IMG/VR virus record: IMGVR_UViG_3300025085_002722
Span: 66,386-130,385 of that record
DNA length: 64,000 nucleotides
From: a virus
Reading direction: 5' to 3' (one strand)
Each line of letters opens with the position of its first letter. The first letter of the stretch is position 1. Positions 57,109 through 64,000 of the stretch are shown here, in pieces. The notes beneath the pieces were generated by a model, which was not told where the DNA came from, searched no databases, and was given only the letters and a program-made list of their open reading frames with translations. The translations under genes and the position numbers were made by a program.

Positions 57109-57839
57109 AAGCATGGATAGTGGGCGACAGTTTCAGTACACCATGTGTAACCACAGACATATTTCCAGTTGACGAAGGATTACCTGATAATCAGGTTGTC
57201 AAAGACACAGAATGGGTTAAACAAGTTGTCGAAAATTTAGGCTATACTTATATGCCTGAATTAAATCTTTCTATGCAAGGTTGTAGCAATGATTATATAT
57301 TACATAATATTGATTGGATATTAAACACTGACAGATTTGACAAACAAGAAGATTTACTTGTAATAGTACCTACTGCACCAGTTAGGTTTATGTATCGAGC
57401 CCAACCTGATTCATATATAAATGGTAAAGGACATAAATTTGATTTTGCACTTAACCGCACACCGCATTTAAATACTGCTGGTTCTCATACTACTGGAATC
57501 AATACTATAGACGAGTATTCTGCAATATACCGAGATCAAGATTTTGAATATTATAAAACATTGAGTGTGTATGATAAAACATTGGGATTCCTAAATTTAT
57601 ATAACATAGACTATTTGTTCTGTAATGCATTTTGGTGCGACTACGAATATGGCGATAGCATTACAGGATACAGTCCACAGTTTATTAGTTTTGATTTTCC
57701 CAGATATGAAATAGGTTTCAATGCAGACTTAGAAGAATACAATCAACCTGTTGAAAATTTCTACAGTAATCATTTTACACACATAGGCAATAATGCTTAT
57801 GCAAAAGCAATACTGGATTATATAAATGAAAGGAGTTGA
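57105..57839 (+). CDS. SGNH-like protein (paralog family B)
   Basis: WIVGDSFS, GCSND, NHFT. Confidence 0.6.
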   Translation: MKAWIVGDSFSTPCVTTDIFPVDEGLPDNQVVKDTEWVKQVVENLGYTYMPELNLSMQGCSNDYILHNIDWILNTDRFDKQEDLLVIVPTAPVRFMYRAQPDSYINGKGHKFDFALNRTPHLNTAGSHTTGINTIDEYSAIYRDQDFEYYKTLSVYDKTLGFLNLYNIDYLFCNAFWCDYEYGDSITGYSPQFISFDFPRYEIGFNADLEEYNQPVENFYSNHFTHIGNNAYAKAILDYINERS

Positions 57840-58053
57840 GTTTTGGATACCTTCCGGAGGAGCCGGCATACCTGCAAAAATGAAAAGCGGACAGGTAAGC
57901 AGACACATGCGAGAGTGGTGTGAACGTTATAATGTTGAACCTGTAGACGTAATCAAAAGCAAAGGTGCACTCACATACTATTTTCTAAACACAGATATTC
58001 CAAAATTTGTATTGACGTGGAACGGTGACTTTGCTTACAAACTCACAGAGTGA
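57826..58053 (+). CDS. hypothetical protein
   Basis: 75-aa ORF coupled to neighbours. Confidence 0.5.
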   Translation: MKGVEFWIPSGGAGIPAKMKSGQVSRHMREWCERYNVEPVDVIKSKGALTYYFLNTDIPKFVLTWNGDFAYKLTE

Positions 58054-58064
58054 TAAATACTGTT

Positions 58065-59144
58065 ATGAGACTAAATGAATTAAAAGGTGATCAAAGAGAA
58101 CGAGTCGAAGCAATTTATGATAAGTTGAATGATATATTCTATAAAAAAATTGCTCCTGCTATGAAAGAGTTAGGAAATTACTATGCTCAACAATATCCTA
58201 AACCAACGTGGATTGCTTATACAAAAAATTTAGAATCAGTAATTAAAGGCTGGCAAACATTACAAAAATTAATAATTGATCAAACTAATGTTACACGCAA
58301 ACAAGAACCTGCTTATAGATTTCCAGCAGTTGTCATTGATACTTTAACAAAAAGTCATGCACAAATGGTTAAGAATGCTAGACTAACAGCAAGTGATATC
58401 AATATGAATAAATCCACTGCTGGTAGATTAATGTATACTGATGATCCTAATGATCAAATTCTTAATGACGTACGAAATAAAATTAATGAATTAGTAACAG
58501 CATTAAGAGGTAGTTTTCCAACTAAACAAAAATGGAGTAAACTATTAGACTTACCCAAAGGAACACAAACTATAGTAGATCCTGTTGAACCGGCTGAACC
58601 AGGTACAGACATTAGTACTGATGTTAAACTTAAACAAATACCAAACCTGCATCCAATGGGAACTATTGACGGTGAACTTATTCGTAAAGGTCAAGAAAAG
58701 ACAGCAGGTGATTTAGAAAAGTTTGGGCAAATTATAGACGGCGAGTGGGAAGTCATAGACAACACTATGAAACAATTACCTGACCTAAGACCAAAACAGT
58801 TACTAGATATGAGACCTAAACCAGGTGACTATGTTATGTGGACTGGTGGTGCAAGGAGTAGTAGACCCAATCAACCAAACTACGGTAAAGTAGTTAGTGT
58901 TAGAGATAACGGTGTATTAAATATTACCAGTGTTAACCAACAACCTAATCCTAGTAGGCAAGGCAGAGAATTTGGCTTGAATCCTACCAGCATACAAAAA
59001 GTCCTTAAACAAGCAGATGCACAAAAATTAATGCCACAACAAGATCCAGACAAATACAGAAAAGGCAATGCGTTCAAACAAGGAATAAAAAAAGTAGCAA
59101 GTACCAACCAAGGATACAAGTACAAAGGTAACCAAAACGTCTAA
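58065..59144 (+). CDS. hypothetical, putative head-internal protein
   Basis: Start MRLNEL, 5 nt after ATAAATA (58053-59); KPGDYV.W SH3-like C-terminal module. Confidence 0.6.
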   Translation: MRLNELKGDQRERVEAIYDKLNDIFYKKIAPAMKELGNYYAQQYPKPTWIAYTKNLESVIKGWQTLQKLIIDQTNVTRKQEPAYRFPAVVIDTLTKSHAQMVKNARLTASDINMNKSTAGRLMYTDDPNDQILNDVRNKINELVTALRGSFPTKQKWSKLLDLPKGTQTIVDPVEPAEPGTDISTDVKLKQIPNLHPMGTIDGELIRKGQEKTAGDLEKFGQIIDGEWEVIDNTMKQLPDLRPKQLLDMRPKPGDYVMWTGGARSSRPNQPNYGKVVSVRDNGVLNITSVNQQPNPSRQGREFGLNPTSIQKVLKQADAQKLMPQQDPDKYRKGNAFKQGIKKVASTNQGYKYKGNQNV

Positions 59145-59395
59145 TAGATTTTTCTAATCATATAATCAAAAGGCTGTACAGTTCTAATTTCAAATGCTTT
59201 GCCATCTAACTCTACACCTTTAACATGTGTAGGAGTTCTTTTTGAAATACTTTTTAATAGAAATACTTTTTTGCTTTTAGGATTGGGTGTTAGATTGCCC
59301 TCAGCATCTTCTCGTGTACCGCCATCAAACCACACAGTTAATTCAAACTCTTCTTTGATTAATGTGTTCCACCAATTAATTATTGCTCTGATCAT
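59141..59395 (-). CDS. hypothetical protein
   Basis: ATAAATA at 59401-07, 5 nt before the ATG. Confidence 0.65.
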   Translation of the reverse strand: MIRAIINWWNTLIKEEFELTVWFDGGTREDAEGNLTPNPKSKKVFLLKSISKRTPTHVKGVELDGKAFEIRTVQPFDYMIRKIY

Positions 59396-59403
59396 AATAC
59401 TAT

Positions 59404-60210
59404 TTATGATACCGATATCGGTTTATTAGTAATCGATTCTATATAGCAATATTTAAGAAATGCAGGATAAGGCATTTTGGCATTCCAACTTTGACATGTA
59501 TCGTTCATATTGGTACATGTAATATTAAAATCTTTATCGAATCCTACTTCCCAAATAATATCACCATAGTAATGCTTTTCTTTTATGTAATCAGGAATAG
59601 GATCACGCAAGTCTATTGTGCATAATTCTTGTACATTACTTGCAGTCAGACCCACATACTCGTTAATATGAATAGAGTTCCATTCAAAGTCTGGTAAAAA
59701 TTCTGTAAATTTTTGTACATCTTTGTGCAACTGATGTATGCCATTGTGCTGAGGATCACTTGGCACTTTTTTATCAAACTGTACATCACCTACACTAATT
59801 TTAGCATGTGACGGATATACGTTAGTGATATTTTGTGAACGCATATTTGAAAACATTTGAGCCATGCCTTCGCCTAATAGTGCATTACTAATTATTTCAT
59901 GTATGTATAAATCACCTACCGGCAATAAATCAGTGCAGATATTTAATTCAACTACTGATACATTAGGCGTATCTGCAAATACTTTTCTCAAATACTCACA
60001 AGTATTAGGATTATGATCACATGATATTACAGAACTTGCTCCACCGCATAATGCCAAGTAAGTTAGTATTCCTGAACCAGCACCGCAATCTACTACAACT
60101 TTGTCTCGACATATACCGCTTGTTAAAAATTCAGCATACGCATTTGTACGTTTATAATCGCAAACTAAAGAATGTAGATCTTGAATAGTGTAATTTGAAA
60201 AACTCTTCAC
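59404..60210 (-). CDS. SAM methyltransferase, PRMT-like
   Basis: RTNAY, VVVDCGAGSGILT..A..GA..V, IHEIISNALLGEG double-E-loop-like motif, YP. Confidence 0.7.
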   Translation of the reverse strand: MKSFSNYTIQDLHSLVCDYKRTNAYAEFLTSGICRDKVVVDCGAGSGILTYLALCGGASSVISCDHNPNTCEYLRKVFADTPNVSVVELNICTDLLPVGDLYIHEIISNALLGEGMAQMFSNMRSQNITNVYPSHAKISVGDVQFDKKVPSDPQHNGIHQLHKDVQKFTEFLPDFEWNSIHINEYVGLTASNVQELCTIDLRDPIPDYIKEKHYYGDIIWEVGFDKDFNITCTNMNDTCQSWNAKMPYPAFLKYCYIESITNKPISVS

Positions 60211-60228
60211 AATGATATTTATATGTTT

Positions 60229-61092
60229 TTATGATGTAGGTGCTGAATTCTTATACGGATGATCTGATGGTAATGCTGAAGTTCTACCCCACTTGTGAGC
60301 AAGATAACCTTCTGCTTTTTCCAGTATAGATATGTCAGTACCGCTGGTACCTGGAATGTCTGCTACAGCAAAGAACTCTCCTAACTTACCATCAAGTTCT
60401 TGTGACGCTCTGTTTCTCATCAATCTTAATTCTTGATTTGTTTGTAAACTGTTGTCATAGTCATTTACTGGTGTAAATGCGTTAGAACCATCTACCCTAA
60501 TACCAATTTGATTGCCTGACTTGTTAAACCAACAAGCAACGATGTGCCAACTGTTTCTGGTTAAACTTTTTAAACTCCATAATTCCAAATTACCAATACT
60601 GCTACTGATCCTGTTAGAACTTAATCCATCTAAATCTAATTCACCTGGCCAAGAGTTTGATGAGTTACCACTACTTATTGCATAATCTCTTTTTGGTGAA
60701 CTATTTGTTTCATAACTCCAAAGAGAATCTTGGGTACTATTTGATCCTTCAAATCTAAACACACCTATTGCCCAGTGATTACCACTTGATACCTGTGCCG
60801 AATATGTTGTACTCTGTAAGTAATCACTGTTGCCGTCAAAATCAAACACATTCAAACCGTTTTGTGTGCTGGAATTTGTTACTGGGTTACCACCTACATT
60901 CATAGTGTATGTACCTGCTTTGTCAGTTACTGACTGTAATGATGTTCCGCTTCTTGAATAACTTGAACTGTCACTGGCGTCTATCCAAGCAACTGCGGTT
61001 ATATCTGTGCTTGGTGACCATGGTGTTGATTCTTCGGCAACACTTCTTCTACCTGCGTAAAATGATCCTGTTGTTGAACTGATGAATGGCAT
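60229..61092 (-). CDS. LamG/concanavalin-like putative tail protein
   Basis: WIDASD...TDK, NGLNVFDFDG, GE.., EGYLAHKWG...LP.DHPYK. Confidence 0.7.
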   Translation of the reverse strand: MPFISSTTGSFYAGRRSVAEESTPWSPSTDITAVAWIDASDSSSYSRSGTSLQSVTDKAGTYTMNVGGNPVTNSSTQNGLNVFDFDGNSDYLQSTTYSAQVSSGNHWAIGVFRFEGSNSTQDSLWSYETNSSPKRDYAISSGNSSNSWPGELDLDGLSSNRISSSIGNLELWSLKSLTRNSWHIVACWFNKSGNQIGIRVDGSNAFTPVNDYDNSLQTNQELRLMRNRASQELDGKLGEFFAVADIPGTSGTDISILEKAEGYLAHKWGRTSALPSDHPYKNSAPTS

Positions 61093-62399
61093 TATGTGAA
61101 GTCAACTAACTGTCCAAGTACTACATAACTTCCACTTACTCTTAGTATGGTAAATGAAACAGCATCTATGCCGTTAGCAGTTCCTGTTGGTGCTGAACCT
61201 CCTTGCCAATTAATTGTTTGTGCTGATCCACTTATTTGTACAGCACTTGGTATTCTTGCTGTAGCACCTTGATCCAATATCAATGTTAGGTTAGTACTGT
61301 AGTTACTGCTGAGTCCTAAGTTTGTAAAATTAGCAGTAAAGTTAGCACTGATACTGCTGTGATAAAATATATGTCCATTATCGCAATCGTGTGTAACTAC
61401 ACCTGTAGCACCTGTGAGTGAACTGAACTTTTCACTTACACCATCTTCTATAATTAATTGATTGTTTACTGTGAGTGGACCTGTTACACCAATTGCAGTA
61501 CTGCTGTTGGCACCAATATAAACTGCACTACTATTTTGGCCTATGTTTACATAACCGTTTTGTAATGCTCCACTACCTGCATCAATGTCTACATTACCAC
61601 CTGTGCTGTTTAGTCCTGTGGCATCACCACCTTCTAAAGCAAGTGATGTACCGTCTGTGCTATCAGTACTAATACTTGCAGGTTGTACATCTGCGCCATG
61701 ATTTGCTAATTTGTTCCAACTACCACCGTGAGCAAAGTATAATGCTCCTTCGGCATGTACGTGAGCAATAGCACCGTGATATGTACTTGCACTTGGCAAG
61801 TCACTGGTACTACTATACAAGTATTGTGTTTGACGTAGGTCAACATTGTTTCCACCTAATATACTGAGGTTACCGTTAGCACCTAATGTTAATGTTTGTG
61901 ATCCACCTGCTCCAGTATCTCCTTTGTCTCCAGTAGCACCTGCGGGTCCAGTTGGTCCAGTTGCTCCTGCAGGTCCTTGTGGTCCTACTGGTCCTACTAC
62001 TGTACTTGCTTCACCTTTCTCGCCTTTGGCTCCTGCTGGTCCTTGTGGCCCAGTGGGTCCTGGTACTGTACTGTCTGCACCAGTTGGTCCTACATTACCT
62101 TGTGGTCCTGCTCCGCCTGATTCTCCCTTTTGACCTTTGGCTCCGTCTACTCCGCTGGTACCTGCTGGTCCAGTTGCGCCAGTTCCGGTTTCACCCTTTT
62201 CACCTTTGCCTCCAGTAGGTCCTGTGGCTCCAGTTGGGCCAACCTCACCTTTTTCTCCGCCGCCGGGTCCAGGTTCTCCTTTGTCGCCTTTACTGCCGCC
62301 GGAAGTTTCCCACTTCTCGCCATCGTAGGTCCATAGTTTACTATCGAACGTGTAAGTATCGCCGTTACTGGGTGAGTTTGGAAAATCGATATTGCTCAT
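61092..62399 (-). CDS. collagen-repeat tail fibre-like protein
   Basis: [13 protein letters not shown]...W.YDG.KW N-terminus, long Gly-X-Y tract, [17 protein letters not shown]-terminal domain. Confidence 0.8.
   Translation of the reverse strand: MSNIDFPNSPSNGDTYTFDSKLWTYDGEKWETSGGSKGDKGEPGPGGGEKGEVGPTGATGPTGGKGEKGETGTGATGPAGTSGVDGAKGQKGESGGAGPQGNVGPTGADSTVPGPTGPQGPAGAKGEKGEASTVVGPVGPQGPAGATGPTGPAGATGDKGDTGAGGSQTLTLGANGNLSILGGNNVDLRQTQYLYSSTSDLPSASTYHGAIAHVHAEGALYFAHGGSWNKLANHGADVQPASISTDSTDGTSLALEGGDATGLNSTGGNVDIDAGSGALQNGYVNIGQNSSAVYIGANSSTAIGVTGPLTVNNQLIIEDGVSEKFSSLTGATGVVTHDCDNGHIFYHSSISANFTANFTNLGLSSNYSTNLTLILDQGATARIPSAVQISGSAQTINWQGGSAPTGTANGIDAVSFTILRVSGSYVVLGQLVDFT
61908..62300 (-). 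repeat. collagen-like Gly-X-Y repeat
   Basis: [13 protein letters not shown] and GPQGP triplets. Confidence 0.85.
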
Positions 62400-62472
62400 G
62401 TAAATCCTCTTTAAGTGTATTTATCGAAATCACAGTGATAGCATATAGTTTGAAAAAGTGATAAATACTGTA

Positions 62473-64000
62473 ATGCGATTATTTGAAGTAATACAATTAT
62501 TGGAATACAATAAAGGTGCCACACTAAACAACTGGGGCGAACGTATTGCTCAAGCGGCAAAATTTAATCGGAAGTACATATCAGATCAATTCTTTAATAA
62601 TTTTGATGGTGAAATGGAATACGAGGGTCACGATCCTGAAGACGACGGTGATATTGCTAACGTTGTACTGATGAATTTAGAACGCATGGACCCCACTCCT
62701 AACAAACAGTATGTAATGACCTTAGTACGTTGGTATATAGGCAACAGCAAAAAATTCAAACAACTACAACAAGATTACACTGATTGGCGTAGAGATACTA
62801 ATTTTGACATATATGGCGAATACGATCATCCAGACTCTCAATATCCAGAAGACATCCGAGACTTAGAAGACTTTGCAGATGAGTTTGATGATTTCGAAAA
62901 CGACATGAGTAATTATGTAATGGACGCAGAAAACTTGAACACATTCAAGTTAGAAGATGCTGATCAAATACGTGACGCATTAGAAACCTATGAAAGAATA
63001 AAACCACAACTGCAACCCAATGAACGTGACATAGGCAGATTTAAATCATTCTATCGCTTTGAAGACTTTGTGGACAGCAAGAACAGTTTTGATGCCGATG
63101 ACGGTGAAATCAAAGATGAACTAAACAGAAGTGATGTAAAAGTATTATACAACGGTCCATTGGGCACAGTCACAGTACCTAAAAGTGAAGAAGCCAGTTG
63201 TCTATTAGGTAAAGGCACCAAATGGTGTACTGCCAGTACACGAGGAGACAATTGGTTTGATCATTACAACAAAAAAGGCGATTTGATAATATACAACGAA
63301 AAGCCAGGCAATAACAAGTATCAGTTCCATGTGACATTAGATGGCATAGAAGCCAGAGATGCACGTGATAGGCTTTTATCATTTTCACAGCAAAGTAAAT
63401 TTGTAAATGAACATCCTATAATGAGCAAAGTCATAAAAGGTGAACAAGAAAAGATATTTGCAACCATGGCACAACAACCATGGACCACTGATGCTATAAC
63501 CAATGACGGTGGCGACCCTACTAGGTTAGTGAGACACTTTATAAAGTTCAATGAAAAACACAAAGGTGGTGTGATGCGTTATGTAGATGAATACTATGTT
63601 AAGTTTGCATTACCATCTATTTTAGACAGCAGAGTCACAATACCCAATAGAGAAATGGTAGACTTAATGCTCACATACGCAAAACAACGTGGCAAGCCAT
63701 GGCCTGAAATGATGGCGTTGATGATGCAGATATTACGCAAAGCGGCTGAAAGGGCAGATTTCTCCAGCAACATAGAATTAAAATCAATCAATAGACTGGT
63801 TGCTCAATTAGACACAGTTGTAGGACCAGTGGGCAACAACCCTGAACTAGAGCAGTTCAAAGCAGAAATGATAGACAAAATAAAGGCCAGTCAAGTAGGC
63901 GAAAGCAATGTGTACAAAGCCGATAGAGAATTCCCCACATACGAACTGTGGAATTTTCCCAAACACCCAACAGAGTTCGGAGAACGTGTTATGACCACAC
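62473..64000 (+). CDS. large phage protein with PcfJ-like motif; runs off the window end (missed by the ORF track)
   Basis: Hand translation MRLFEVIQLLEY...DPTPNKQY...VPKSEEASCLLGKGTKWCTAS...FDHYN...KYQFH; open to base 64000; ATAAATA at 62461-67. Confidence 0.75.
   Translation, partial: MRLFEVIQLLEYNKGATLNNWGERIAQAAKFNRKYISDQFFNNFDGEMEYEGHDPEDDGDIANVVLMNLERMDPTPNKQYVMTLVRWYIGNSKKFKQLQQDYTDWRRDTNFDIYGEYDHPDSQYPEDIRDLEDFADEFDDFENDMSNYVMDAENLNTFKLEDADQIRDALETYERIKPQLQPNERDIGRFKSFYRFEDFVDSKNSFDADDGEIKDELNRSDVKVLYNGPLGTVTVPKSEEASCLLGKGTKWCTASTRGDNWFDHYNKKGDLIIYNEKPGNNKYQFHVTLDGIEARDARDRLLSFSQQSKFVNEHPIMSKVIKGEQEKIFATMAQQPWTTDAITNDGGDPTRLVRHFIKFNEKHKGGVMRYVDEYYVKFALPSILDSRVTIPNREMVDLMLTYAKQRGKPWPEMMALMMQILRKAAERADFSSNIELKSINRLVAQLDTVVGPVGNNPELEQFKAEMIDKIKASQVGESNVYKADREFPTYELWNFPKHPTEFGERVMTT

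Noticed and set aside
61846-62461. Several plus-strand Pro/Gly-rich ORFs
   Set aside because: Antisense of the collagen Gly-X-Y tract.
63051-63791. Minus-strand ORFs at the window end
   Set aside because: Opposite a continuous plus-strand ORF from 62473 with a late promoter and recognisable motifs.
1-64000. Interpretation as a streamlined bacterial chromosome (clpX, suf, rpsU, rpmG, def present)
   Set aside because: Housekeeping genes lack their normal neighbours (no clpP/tig, rpmB, fmt) and are interleaved with tail-fibre, SleB and phage-module genes and T4-type late promoters.
1-64000. Alternative genetic code (stop-codon reassignment, as in some large phages)
   Set aside because: Known proteins are full length in code 11 and all three stops are used; the two broken genes are frame changes at A-runs, not in-frame stops.

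Overview
AT-rich, gene-dense segment that reads as part of a large (probably jumbo) T4-like tailed phage genome, most likely aquatic with a proteobacterial host. This assignment is inferred: the window has no capsid, terminase or polymerase gene. It has T4-type late promoters (ATAAATA), perfect sigma70 promoters, collagen/LamG tail-type proteins, SleB hydrolase, UvsE, many 2OG-Fe(II) oxygenases and glycan enzymes, and host-like genes scattered without their usual operons. Host-like cargo includes ribosomal proteins bL33 and bS21, peptide deformylase, ClpX, ClpS, Hsp20, 7Fe ferredoxin, cytochrome c, bacterioferritin, peroxiredoxin, glutaredoxin, QueD, a GH6 cellulase-like enzyme, a NeuA/NeuB nonulosonate cluster and a near-complete SUF Fe-S assembly operon (sufB-x-sufC-sufD-sufS-sufT). 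Main discoveries: (1) two start-less coding modules reached only by a -1 shift at A9/A10 runs just before a stop codon (13915-13923 and 28336-28345); (2) 16 late promoters placed 5-6 nt before the start codon, implying leaderless late mRNAs in a phage that carries its own ribosomal proteins; (3) modular putative capsid-cargo polyproteins with candidate prohead-protease sites and a shared LAG helix; (4) a ROSE-like thermometer and a larger structured leader before hsp20; (5) a T4-style SD-sequestering hairpin controlling a nuclease. No tRNA, rRNA, CRISPR array or transposase was recognised.
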